Shown: piece by piece, positions 18,438 to 27,368 of the stretch
Numbering within the stretch: position 1 is the stretch's first letter
How the letters are laid out: every line of letters starts with the position of its first letter
Source of the DNA: Lachnospiraceae bacterium
Lineage (GTDB): Bacteria > Bacillota > Clostridia > Lachnospirales > Lachnospiraceae
Length of the DNA stretch: 38,024 bases
Assembly (NCBI GenBank): GCA_022781925.1
Contig: JALESO010000059.1
Span: forward strand, 1-38,024
Direction: 5' to 3'
Translations under genes and position numbers: made by a program
Notes under the pieces: model-generated
The model's input: the letters and a program-made list of their open reading frames with translations, nothing else
The model's database searches: none
Told to the model about the DNA's origin: nothing

Positions 18438-19808
18438 ATGGGAAGATATTTTGGAACTGATGGCTTCCGCGGCGAAGCCAACAAAAATTTAACAGTGGAG
18501 CATGCCTACAAAGTAGGACGTTTTATCGGATGGTACTATCATCAGCTGACAGGAAAAAAATGCAAGGTGGTGATCGGAAAAGATACCAGACGTTCCAGCT
18601 ATATGTTTGAGTATTCTCTGGTAGCAGGTCTGACAGCGTCCGGAGCAGATGCGTATCTGCTTCACGTAACGACCACACCATCTGTTTCCTATGTGACAAG
18701 AACCGAGGATTTTGACTGTGGTATCATGATCTCCGCCAGTCACAATCCGTTCTATGACAACGGAATCAAGCTGATCAACGGAAACGGTGAGAAGATGGAT
18801 GAGAAGACCATCTCTTACATTGAAGATTACATTGATGGCAAGCTGAACCTGTTTGGAGAAGAGATGACAGATGTACCCTTTGCGGTTCGCGAGGAGATCG
18901 GATGCACCGTTGATTACGCAGCAGGAAGAAACCGCTATGTGGGATATCTGATCTCACTGGCTACTTATTCTTACAAAAATGTGCGTGTCGGCCTGGACTG
19001 TGCAAACGGAAGTGCGTGGATGATCGCAAAGAGTGTGTTTGATGCGCTGGGTGCAAAGACTTATGTCATCAATGCGGAGCCGGATGGAACCAATATCAAC
19101 AACCATGCGGGTTCCACCCATATCGAAGTGCTTCAGAAATTTGTAAAAGAAAACAATCTGGACGTGGGATTTGCATACGATGGAGATGCAGACCGCTGTA
19201 TCGCAGTAGATGAAAAAGGAAATGTTGTTGATGGAGATCTGATCTTATATATTTATGGTAAATATATGAAAGAAAAAGGAAAACTCATGAACAATACCGT
19301 AGTTACAACCATCATGTCTAATTTTGGTTTGTACAAAGCTTTTGATGAAGCCGGTATTAACTATGAGAAAACTGCTGTCGGTGACAAATATGTCTATGAA
19401 AATATGGTTCAGAACGGACATCGTATCGGCGGTGAGCAGTCCGGACATATTATTTTCAGTAAATATGCAACGACAGGTGATGGCATCCTGACTTCCATGA
19501 AGATGATGGAGGTTATGCTGGCAAAGAAACTGCCGCTGAGCAAACTGGCTGAGCCGGTTACCATTTATCCGCAGGTGCTCAAAAACGTAAGAGTAAAGAG
19601 CAAACCGGAAGCACAGAATGACCCGGATGTACAGCAGGCAGTGGCAAAAGTAGCAGAGGCACTCGGCGATACCGGAAGGATTCTGGTGCGTGAGAGCGGT
19701 ACAGAGCCGGTGATCCGTGTCATGGTAGAAGCAGAGACAGAGAGCCTCTGTGAAAAATATGTAGACCAGGTGATTGAAGTGATCAAAGCAAAAGGTCATA
19801 CAGCCTAA
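18438..19808 (+). CDS. glmM: Phosphoglucosamine mutase
   Basis: MGRYFGTDGFRGEAN... and the SASHNP active-site serine loop. The GGAAAGGA RBS is spaced for the ATG at 18438. The ATG at 18432 is too close to it. Confidence 0.9.
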   Translation: MGRYFGTDGFRGEANKNLTVEHAYKVGRFIGWYYHQLTGKKCKVVIGKDTRRSSYMFEYSLVAGLTASGADAYLLHVTTTPSVSYVTRTEDFDCGIMISASHNPFYDNGIKLINGNGEKMDEKTISYIEDYIDGKLNLFGEEMTDVPFAVREEIGCTVDYAAGRNRYVGYLISLATYSYKNVRVGLDCANGSAWMIAKSVFDALGAKTYVINAEPDGTNINNHAGSTHIEVLQKFVKENNLDVGFAYDGDADRCIAVDEKGNVVDGDLILYIYGKYMKEKGKLMNNTVVTTIMSNFGLYKAFDEAGINYEKTAVGDKYVYENMVQNGHRIGGEQSGHIIFSKYATTGDGILTSMKMMEVMLAKKLPLSKLAEPVTIYPQVLKNVRVKSKPEAQNDPDVQQAVAKVAEALGDTGRILVRESGTEPVIRVMVEAETESLCEKYVDQVIEVIKAKGHTA

Positions 19809-19859
19809 AGAAAGAATGCCGTGCGCATTCGATAAGAAATAAGAGAAAGAGGTGATCAG

Positions 19860-20985
19860 GTGGTTGAATTAGACCAGTTCAAGACAACATTGAACGCATA
19901 CAGACACCCGCTCCAGGAAGTAAGGGATTCACTTTGACCTCGCTAATAAAGAGCAGAGGATTCAGGAATTAGAGCGGAAAATGGAGGAACCGGATTTTTG
20001 GAATGATCCGGAGCGTTCCCAGGAGCTTATGAAAGAGCTCAAAAGCAAAAAAGATGATGTGGAGATTTATCATCAGCTCACATCCCAGATGGAAGACATG
20101 GAACTTATGATTGAGATGGGATATGAGGAAAATGATCCGGAAGTGATTCCGGAGATCCAGGAATTACTGGATGAGTTTGAAACAAGTTTTGAAAACATCC
20201 GTATGAAGACATTGCTGTCCGGTGAATATGACAGAGATGATGCCATCGTGACCCTGCATGCAGGTGCCGGTGGAACCGAGTCCTGTGACTGGGCCAGCAT
20301 GTTGTACCGTATGTATACAAGATGGGCTTCCTCCAAAGGATTCGAGGTAGAAGTGCTGGATTATCTGGACGGTGAGGAAGCAGGCATCAAGTCCGTTACT
20401 TTCCAGGTACACGGAGAAAATGCCTACGGTTATCTGAAGTCCGAAAAAGGTGTGCACAGACTGGTGCGTATTTCCCCGTTCAATGCGGCAGGAAAACGTC
20501 AGACATCTTTTGTATCCTGTGATGTTATGCCGGATATCGAGAAAGATGTGGAAGTGGAGATCAACGATGATGATCTGCGTATCGATACCTATCGTTCCAG
20601 TGGAGCCGGCGGACAGCATATCAATAAGACTTCATCTGCGATCCGTATCACCCATCTGCCGACAGGTATTGTAGTTCAGTGCCAGAATGAGCGTTCCCAG
20701 CATATGAACAAGGACAAAGCGATGCAGATGCTGAAAGCAAAACTGTATTTGCTGAAGCAGCAGGAAAATGCGGAGAAGGCAGCGGACATCCGCGGCGATG
20801 TGACAGAGATCGGATGGGGAAATCAGATTCGGTCCTACGTTATGCAGCCGTATACGATGGTCAAGGATCACCGTACCAATGCGGAGACAGGAAATGTAGA
20901 CAGCGTCATGGATGGAAATATTGATCTTTTCATCAATGCATATCTGAAATGGATCACATTGAGCAAAAAGGATCAGGAGGCATAA
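19860..20985 (+). CDS. prfB: Peptide chain release factor 2, with a programmed +1 ribosomal frameshift at 19932-19938
   Basis: Frame 0 runs from GTG 19860: VVELDQFKTTLNAYRHPLQEVRDSL, then TGA at 19935. The +1 frame continues DLANKEQRIQELERKMEEPDFWND... to 20985. The shift site is the canonical CTT TGA C, preceded by the SD-like AGGGa. The downstream frame has the SPF and GGQ (SGAGGQHINKT) motifs. Confidence 0.9.
19926..19938 (+). other. RF2 autoregulatory +1 frameshift cassette (SD-like AGGG, 3 nt, CTT TGA C)
   Basis: The sequence agggattcaCTTTGAC has an in-frame UGA at 19935. Confidence 0.85.
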
Positions 20986-21000
20986 AGAGGAGAAATTACC

Positions 21001-22260
21001 ATGGGTATTATCAGAGCAGCAGTAAAAAGTCTCAGTTCAGGGCTGGCAGATCAGTGGCTGGAAGTCATTGAACCCTCTGACATGGGAGCACAGACATTGA
21101 TGACACCGGGCATTATGGTGAACAGAAAATCACAGAACCGCAGAGGAAGCAGACATGTGATTTCAGACGGTTCGGTCATTCATGTGTATGATAACCAGCT
21201 TATGATTTTGACAGATGGCGGAAAGATTATTGATTATACCGCTGAACCGGGTTACTTTGAGGTAAAAAACGATGCAGAGCCGTCTCTGTTTAACGGGGAC
21301 TTTTCCAGTGCGATGCAGGCAACTTTTGAGCGTGTGAAATACGGCGGACAGTCTCCGACAGAGCAGAAGGTATTTTACCTGAATCTGCAGGAGATCAAGG
21401 GCATCAAGTTTGGCACGAGAAATCCCATCAATTATTTTGATAACTTCTATAACGCAGAACTGTTTCTGCGGACACATGGAACCTATTCCATCCGGATCAC
21501 AGATCCGCTGAAGTTTTATGCGGAAGTCATTCCGCGGAATATGGAGCAGGTGGAAGTATCCGATGTCAATGAGCAGTTTCTGGATGAATTTCTGGAAGCA
21601 TTGCAATCTGCCATCAATCAGATGTCTGCCGACGGTACCCGGATTTCCTTTGTGACATCCAAGGGACGGGAACTTGGCAAATATATGTCGGATATTCTGG
21701 ATGAGGAGTGGAGACAGAACCGTGGTGTGGAGATCGCATCAGTGGGAATTGCAAGTATTTCCTATGATGAGGAATCTACGAAGCTTATTAATATGAGAAA
21801 CCAGGGAGCCATGCTCTCCGATCCGACGATCCGGGAAGGTTATGTGCAGGGCGCAGTGGCCCGTGGGATGGAAGCAGCCGGTTCCAATGCAGCCGGTTCT
21901 GTATCCGGTTTTATGGGCATGGGTATGGGCATGCAGGCAGGATCAGGTGTGATGAGCGCAGCCTCTGAGGCAAACATCCGTCAGATGGAGATGAACCGTC
22001 AGAATGCACAGGCATCTGCAGCTGCCAGACCGGCGGCTGATACCTGGATCTGTTCCTGTGGAACGGAAAATACCGGAAAATTCTGTGCGGAGTGCGGAAA
22101 ACCGATGCCGACAGCATGGATCTGTTCCTGTGGCGCAAAAAATACCGGAAAGTTCTGTACAGAATGTGGAAAACCGGCACCGGCTGCCCCATGGACCTGT
22201 TCCTGTGGCGCGGTAAATACCGGAAAATTCTGCGCAGAGTGTGGAAAACCGAAAGCATAA
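21001..22260 (+). CDS. SPFH/Band-7 domain protein (COG4260 / Band_7_1, YdjI-like) with a C-terminal triple zinc ribbon
   Basis: The N-terminal MGIIRAAVKSLSSGLADQWLEV is typical of the COG4260 SPFH family. It is followed by a Gly/Met-rich linker (GFMGMGMGMQAG) and three repeats of W(I/T)CSCGxxNTGKFCxECGKP. Confidence 0.8.
   Translation: MGIIRAAVKSLSSGLADQWLEVIEPSDMGAQTLMTPGIMVNRKSQNRRGSRHVISDGSVIHVYDNQLMILTDGGKIIDYTAEPGYFEVKNDAEPSLFNGDFSSAMQATFERVKYGGQSPTEQKVFYLNLQEIKGIKFGTRNPINYFDNFYNAELFLRTHGTYSIRITDPLKFYAEVIPRNMEQVEVSDVNEQFLDEFLEALQSAINQMSADGTRISFVTSKGRELGKYMSDILDEEWRQNRGVEIASVGIASISYDEESTKLINMRNQGAMLSDPTIREGYVQGAVARGMEAAGSNAAGSVSGFMGMGMGMQAGSGVMSAASEANIRQMEMNRQNAQASAAARPAADTWICSCGTENTGKFCAECGKPMPTAWICSCGAKNTGKFCTECGKPAPAAPWTCSCGAVNTGKFCAECGKPKA
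22045..22257 (+). repeat. Three tandem ~66-bp coding repeats (zinc-ribbon modules) at the 3' end of the SPFH gene
   Basis: tggatctgttcctgtgg..aataccggaaa(a/g)ttctg...ga(g/a)tg(c/t)ggaaaaccg occurs three times in the nucleotide sequence. It encodes WICSCGTENTGKFCAECGKP, WICSCGAKNTGKFCTECGKP and WTCSCGAVNTGKFCAECGKP. Confidence 0.9.
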
Positions 22261-22270
22261 GAGGAAGAAT

Positions 22271-23392
22271 ATGGCGACAGTCAGTATGAAATGCCCGAAT
22301 TGTGGGGGCGAGTTGATTTTTGACCCGAAAAGTCAGAAATACAAATGTGAATATTGCGGTTCTGGTTTTTCTCTGGATGAGATCAGTACCGAAGACACAG
22401 GGGCACAGGAAACTGCGACGCAGGAGACGTCCGGTGCAGCACAGGGGTATGAAGATGCCTCTGGCAATCATGCACAGGAAGGAACGGCAGATGCCGGAGC
22501 ACCCGGTGATGCGGAAGCTTCTGCTGTCGTATATACCTGCCCGAGCTGTGGTGCGCAGATCGTGACGGATCAGACGACAGCGGCAACCTTTTGTTATTAT
22601 TGTCACAATCCGGTGCTGCTGTCGGAACAGTTATCCGGCACATTTCATCCGGATCAGATCATTCCATTTGAGATTGATCGAAAACAGGCAGAGACACATT
22701 TCCTTGATTTTGTACATAAAAAGAAATTTGTGCCAAATGCATTTTTCCAGAAAAACCAGATTGAGAAGCTGACAGGCATCTATTTCCCGTACTGGGTCTG
22801 CGATGCGGATGTGGAGGGAAGCCTGACAGCAGAAGGAAACAAAGTCCGTGTGTGGGTTTCCGGAGATGAGGAATTCACAGAGACCAGAATCTACCGCATG
22901 GAGCGGGAAGGCCAGGTATCATTGAGAGAGATTACCAAGCATGCCCTGAAAAAATCAGATAATCTGCTGGCAGAAGGTGTGCTTCCCTATGATTTTTCCA
23001 AAGCGACGGAATTTCAGATGGGATATCTGTCCGGCTTTTATGCGGAAAAACGTGATATCGAACGGAAAGAACTGGAAGAGGAAGTGCACCGCGAGGTGGA
23101 AGGCTGCACCAGGGATCTTCTGGAAGACACGATTCACGGATACAACGGAGTACACATACTTTCCAATCACATCCGACCGATACGGGAACAGTGGAAATAT
23201 ACGCTGCTTCCGGTGTGGACCGTGACGTATAAGGGACTGAACGGAAAGATGTATTATTATTCCATGAACGGCCAGAATGGAAAGACCTATGGAGAACTTC
23301 CGGTTGACCGGAAAAAAGTATTCCTGTATGGTGCCGTGTTTGGTGGGATCGCGCTGGTGATCATGCTGTTACTCGGTTACTTTATATTCTGA
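22271..23392 (+). CDS. Double zinc-ribbon membrane-anchored protein (YdjG-like)
   Basis: GAGGAAG RBS. Two ribbons: CPNCGG...CEYCG and CPSCG...CYYCH. There is an acidic low-complexity linker, a globular region, and a C-terminal TM (VFLYGAVFGGIALVIMLLLGYFIF). Confidence 0.7.
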   Translation: MATVSMKCPNCGGELIFDPKSQKYKCEYCGSGFSLDEISTEDTGAQETATQETSGAAQGYEDASGNHAQEGTADAGAPGDAEASAVVYTCPSCGAQIVTDQTTAATFCYYCHNPVLLSEQLSGTFHPDQIIPFEIDRKQAETHFLDFVHKKKFVPNAFFQKNQIEKLTGIYFPYWVCDADVEGSLTAEGNKVRVWVSGDEEFTETRIYRMEREGQVSLREITKHALKKSDNLLAEGVLPYDFSKATEFQMGYLSGFYAEKRDIERKELEEEVHREVEGCTRDLLEDTIHGYNGVHILSNHIRPIREQWKYTLLPVWTVTYKGLNGKMYYYSMNGQNGKTYGELPVDRKKVFLYGAVFGGIALVIMLLLGYFIF

Positions 23393-23432
23393 TTTTGAAT
23401 AGCACAGAAGTGACAGAATCTGGGAGAAAAGA

Positions 23433-24281
23433 ATGAGGATGACAAAGAGAAGAGAAAAAAGTCTGCGCTGGCTGGCAGGAATCGTACTGTGTCTGATGAT
23501 GAGTGTGATCCCGGTATTTCATGTTCAGGCAGCAGGCCGTCAGGTATATGATGATGCCGGATTGTTTTCAGAGGCAGATATCGCAGAGATTACAGAGGCA
23601 GCTGATGATGCAGAGGAAGTAACCGGATGGGATCTCATACTTCTGACGGTAAATGACAGTTCCGTGGTTTCGACACAGAATTATGCGGAAGAAAAATTCA
23701 ACGAATATACAGAAAATGACAATGGAATTGCCTTTGTCCTGGATATGAATGCCCGTATGTTTTATATTGCAACTGCCGGAGAGGCATATGAATATGTCGG
23801 TGATGCACGTCTGAATGAACTGCTGGATGACGCAACTGCATATGCCGGAGATGGTGACTACTGCCAGGCGATGATTGCAATGCTGGAGGATACGGAATCC
23901 TTTTATCAGGAAGGCAAGCCGGATAATCTGTCTGTATATGATGCAGATCAGGGGATTTACCGGGATGTATCTGACAGCAGTATGCGGGTACTGGATCTGA
24001 AGGATATCCTGCTGGCAGTCGTAGTCGGTGTGGCAGTTTGTGCGGGCTTCTGTCTGTTTATCACCGGAAAGTACCGGTTGAAATTTGGCAGATATCATTA
24101 CAATGCCAGAGAGCATGCGACGGTGGATCTGCACAGAAACGAAGACCACTTTGTGCGCCAGTATGTGACGCGCAGGAAGATTCCGAAGGATCCGCCGAAA
24201 AATGGTGGTGGCGGAAATACAAGTACCGTTCATCAGGGTGCGGGCGGACGCACATTTGGTGGCGGCGGCCGGGGATTTTAA
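23433..24281 (+). CDS. TPM-domain protein (TLP18.3/Psb32/MOLO-1 family, YgcG/YdjH-like)
   Basis: A signal-like N-terminus is followed by the TPM motif YDDAGLFSEADIAEI...GIAFVL. There is a TM (LLAVVVGVAVCAGFCLFITG) and a Gly-rich tail GGGGNTS...GGGGRGF. Confidence 0.8.
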   Translation: MRMTKRREKSLRWLAGIVLCLMMSVIPVFHVQAAGRQVYDDAGLFSEADIAEITEAADDAEEVTGWDLILLTVNDSSVVSTQNYAEEKFNEYTENDNGIAFVLDMNARMFYIATAGEAYEYVGDARLNELLDDATAYAGDGDYCQAMIAMLEDTESFYQEGKPDNLSVYDADQGIYRDVSDSSMRVLDLKDILLAVVVGVAVCAGFCLFITGKYRLKFGRYHYNAREHATVDLHRNEDHFVRQYVTRRKIPKDPPKNGGGGNTSTVHQGAGGRTFGGGGRGF

Positions 24282-24301
24282 GACTCCCCGGTCTTTTTTT
24301 G
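24269..24301 (+). terminator. Rho-independent terminator ending the long cdaA...TPM transcription unit
   Basis: ccgggga-(9 nt)-tccccgg is a 7-bp GC stem, followed by tcttttttt. The TPM stop codon lies in the loop. Confidence 0.7.
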
Positions 24302-24431
24302 TGTGACGGTGTACTTTGTTGTTTGATAGAAAAAACACAAAAACAGGGTTGCATACAAGATTTGATTATGATACTATATCTTTACTGTGAAAACAGATGT
24401 ATTTCTGGGAAACACACATAAGGGGGACGCA

Positions 24432-24875
24432 ATGGCAGAAAAAACAAAATATTTTGTCCTGAAGCAGAAAGCGGTGCCGGAGGTTTTACTGAAGGTTGTA
24501 GAGGCAAAACGTTTGCTGGATTCGGGCAAGGCGGCTTCCGTGCAGGAGGCAGCAGAGAATGTCGGCATCAGCCGGAGCTCTTTTTATAAATACAAAGACG
24601 ATATTTTTCCATTTCATGATAATGCGAAAGGAAAGACGATTACCATGGTAGTTCAGCTGGATGATGAACCGGGATTGCTGTCCGTAGTATTGCGGATCGT
24701 GGCAGATTATCACGCCAATATCCTGACGATTCATCAGAGTATTCCGGTCAACGGAATTGCTTCACTGACTTTGAGTGTGGATGTATTAAATGAAACCGGT
24801 GACATCTCTCAGATGATGGACACCATTGAGCAGCAGCAGGGCATTCATTATGTAAAAATATTAGCAAGGGAGTGA
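24432..24875 (+). CDS. ACT-domain protein of the UPF0735 family (typical leader gene of hom/thr clusters in Clostridia)
   Basis: AAGGGGGA RBS, then ATG 24432. The C-terminal ACT fold is MVVQLDDEPGLLSVVLRIVADYHANILTIHQ. Confidence 0.8.
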   Translation: MAEKTKYFVLKQKAVPEVLLKVVEAKRLLDSGKAASVQEAAENVGISRSSFYKYKDDIFPFHDNAKGKTITMVVQLDDEPGLLSVVLRIVADYHANILTIHQSIPVNGIASLTLSVDVLNETGDISQMMDTIEQQQGIHYVKILARE

Positions 24876-24881
24876 CAAACG

Positions 24882-26084
24882 ATGATTCAGATTGCAGTAT
24901 TAGGTTACGGTACGATTGGTTCCGGTGTAGCGGAAGTATTAAGAGTAAACAAAGAAAGTATTACAAAACGTGTAGGAGATGAAATCTCCATTAAGTATAT
25001 CCTGGATCTGCGTGATTTTCCGGGAGATCCGATGGAAGATAAGATCGTACATGATTATGCGGTCATTCAGAACGATCCGGAGATCGCGATCGTGGTGGAA
25101 GCCATGGGCGGTGTGGAGCCGGCATACACATTTGCGAAACAGGCACTGGAGAGCGGCAAACATTTTGCAACATCCAACAAAGCACTGATCGCAGAAAAAG
25201 GTGCAGAGCTCATCCGCATTGCAAAAGAGAAAAATGTAAACTGCATGTTTGAGGCAAGCGTAGGCGGCGGTATTCCGATCATCCGCCCGTTAAATTCCTG
25301 CCTGACAGCAGATGTGATCGAGGAAGTATCCGGTATTCTGAACGGAACAACCAACTATATGATGACAAAAATGTCTGTGGAAGGTTCCGAGTTCGAGGAT
25401 GTATTGAAGGATGCGCAGCAGAAAGGATATGCAGAGGCAGATCCGACGGCTGATATCGAGGGACATGATGCCTGCAGAAAGATCGCGATCCTGACTTCTC
25501 TCGTATGCGGACAGCAGGTTGATTTCCAGGATATCCATACTGAGGGTATCACAAAGATCACAGCGACAGATATCAAATATGCGAAGGCACTGGGAAGAAG
25601 CATCAAGCTTCTGGCTTCCAGTTATAAGACCAGAGACAGCTACTGTGCACTGGTAGCACCGTTTATGCTGGCACCGGAGCATCCGCTGTTCAATGTCAAT
25701 GACGTATTCAATGCAGTCTTTGTACATGGTAACGTGCTGGGCGATGCAATGTTTTACGGCAGCGGAGCAGGCAAACTGCCGACAGCAAGCGCTGTTGTGG
25801 GTGATATTGTTGAGATCGCAAGACATCTGGATGAGAATATTCCGGTGGAATGGCGCGAGGAAAAACTGGAGCTTGCCGATTACAGACAGCTGAAAAACAG
25901 ATACTTTGTCCGTACAACCGAGGACAAAGCCGCCGTTGCGCAGGCTTTTGGCGCAGTGGAGTATGTGCAGGCAGAGGGCGTAACCGGAGAGTGCGCATTT
26001 ATAACAGCCGAGATGGATGGTTATGCATATGATAAAGCAGAGAGCCAGATCGGTGAGGTACTTCAGTCCATTCGTGTGAAATAA
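24882..26084 (+). CDS. hom: Homoserine dehydrogenase
   Basis: N-terminal NAD-binding LGYGTIGSG, the catalytic region and a C-terminal ACT domain. It is 400 aa. Confidence 0.9.
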   Translation: MIQIAVLGYGTIGSGVAEVLRVNKESITKRVGDEISIKYILDLRDFPGDPMEDKIVHDYAVIQNDPEIAIVVEAMGGVEPAYTFAKQALESGKHFATSNKALIAEKGAELIRIAKEKNVNCMFEASVGGGIPIIRPLNSCLTADVIEEVSGILNGTTNYMMTKMSVEGSEFEDVLKDAQQKGYAEADPTADIEGHDACRKIAILTSLVCGQQVDFQDIHTEGITKITATDIKYAKALGRSIKLLASSYKTRDSYCALVAPFMLAPEHPLFNVNDVFNAVFVHGNVLGDAMFYGSGAGKLPTASAVVGDIVEIARHLDENIPVEWREEKLELADYRQLKNRYFVRTTEDKAAVAQAFGAVEYVQAEGVTGECAFITAEMDGYAYDKAESQIGEVLQSIRVK

Positions 26085-26153
26085 GAAACGCATGATACGG
26101 ATGCGACTGTTTGTGAGTTTGTGAGAAAAATAAAAAATTAACAGAGGTAAAAA

Positions 26154-27368
26154 GTGATGAAATACGTGGTGGTTTTAGGAGATGGAATGGCAGACCGTCC
26201 GATTGCAGAACTTGGTGATCAGACCCCGCTTGCCTATGCGGATACGCCGGAGATGGACCGGCTGGCAGCAGTATCAGAGATCGGAATGGTCCATACGATT
26301 CCGGACGGCATGAAGCCGGGTAGCGATACAGCCAACCTGTCAGTGCTTGGATACAATCCGAGGATCTATTATTCCGGACGTTCTCCGCTGGAGGCGCTGA
26401 GCATCGGTGTTGACATGAAGGATACCGACATTGCACTCCGGTGCAATCTGGTGACGCTGTCCGAGGAAGAAGAGAATTATGAGGATCGCACGATCATCGA
26501 TCACAGTTCCGGCGAGATCAGCACTGCGGATGCAGCGGTTCTGCTGGATGCGGTCAGAGAAGGACTGGAAAATGAGACCTATAAATTTTATGTAGGAACC
26601 AGCTACCGTCACCTGCTGATCTGGGATCGCGGCGAAGTGGTAGAACTGACACAGCCGCATGATGTGCTGGGACAGACCATTGGACAGTATCTTCCTGAGG
26701 ATGCCGTACTTCGTGAGATGATGAAGAAAAGCTATGACATTCTGGTAAACCATCCGATCAATGTAGAACGGAAGAAAAAAGGTCTCAATCCGGCAAACTC
26801 CTGCTGGTTCTGGGGCGCAGGTACAAAACCGGCTCTTTCTTCCTTTGAAGAGAAGACACAGCTGAAAGGTGCGATGATCTCTGCAGTAGATCTGTTGAAA
26901 GGAATCGCCGTGGGCGCATCCATGAAAGTCGTGGAAGTAGAGGGCGCAAACGGTGGTCTGAATACAAATTATGAAGGAAAAGCGCAGGCAGCAATTGACG
27001 TATTGACCAAAGAGGGGTATGATTTTGCGTATATCCACGTCGAGGCTCCGGATGAGATGGGTCATCAGGGCAGCGTTGAGCGTAAGGTGAAGGCAATTGA
27101 ATATCTGGATTCACGGATTATCAAGCCGGTTCGGGAAGGACTGGAGGCAGCGGGAGAGGATTTTCGAATGCTGGTTCTTCCGGATCATCCTACGCCAATC
27201 TGCATGCGGACACATTCATCTGACAGTGTGCCATATCTCTTGTATGACAGCACAAATCTTCAGCAGCATGACTGGAAATACAATGAGGCTGAAGGTGAGG
27301 CCAGTGGAAACTACGTGGCGTGTGGCCATGAAATCATAGATTACTTATTTGGGAGGAAGACATGCTAA
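26154..27368 (+). CDS. Cofactor-independent phosphoglycerate-mutase-family protein (apgM-type). Candidate alternative homoserine kinase.
   Basis: MMKYVVVLGDGMADRP...DTPEMD...GSDTANLS match the metal-binding motifs of the PF01676/PF10143 alkaline-phosphatase-superfamily PGM fold. It sits between hom and lysC. Confidence 0.8.
   Translation: MMKYVVVLGDGMADRPIAELGDQTPLAYADTPEMDRLAAVSEIGMVHTIPDGMKPGSDTANLSVLGYNPRIYYSGRSPLEALSIGVDMKDTDIALRCNLVTLSEEEENYEDRTIIDHSSGEISTADAAVLLDAVREGLENETYKFYVGTSYRHLLIWDRGEVVELTQPHDVLGQTIGQYLPEDAVLREMMKKSYDILVNHPINVERKKKGLNPANSCWFWGAGTKPALSSFEEKTQLKGAMISAVDLLKGIAVGASMKVVEVEGANGGLNTNYEGKAQAAIDVLTKEGYDFAYIHVEAPDEMGHQGSVERKVKAIEYLDSRIIKPVREGLEAAGEDFRMLVLPDHPTPICMRTHSSDSVPYLLYDSTNLQQHDWKYNEAEGEASGNYVACGHEIIDYLFGRKTC

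Noticed and set aside
22004-22289. Two + strand ORFs (70 and 65 aa) in alternative frames over the zinc-ribbon repeat region
   Set aside because: They are produced by the tandem repeat itself, and the same pseudo-peptide repeats three times. They lie inside the SPFH gene's coding frame.
25290-26093. 267-aa minus-strand ORF antisense to hom. Similar long antisense ORFs occur at 23568-24338, 26340-27065, 36839-37513, 21911-22606 and 16558-17127.
   Set aside because: All lie opposite strongly supported + strand genes. None has RBS support or an identifiable domain.
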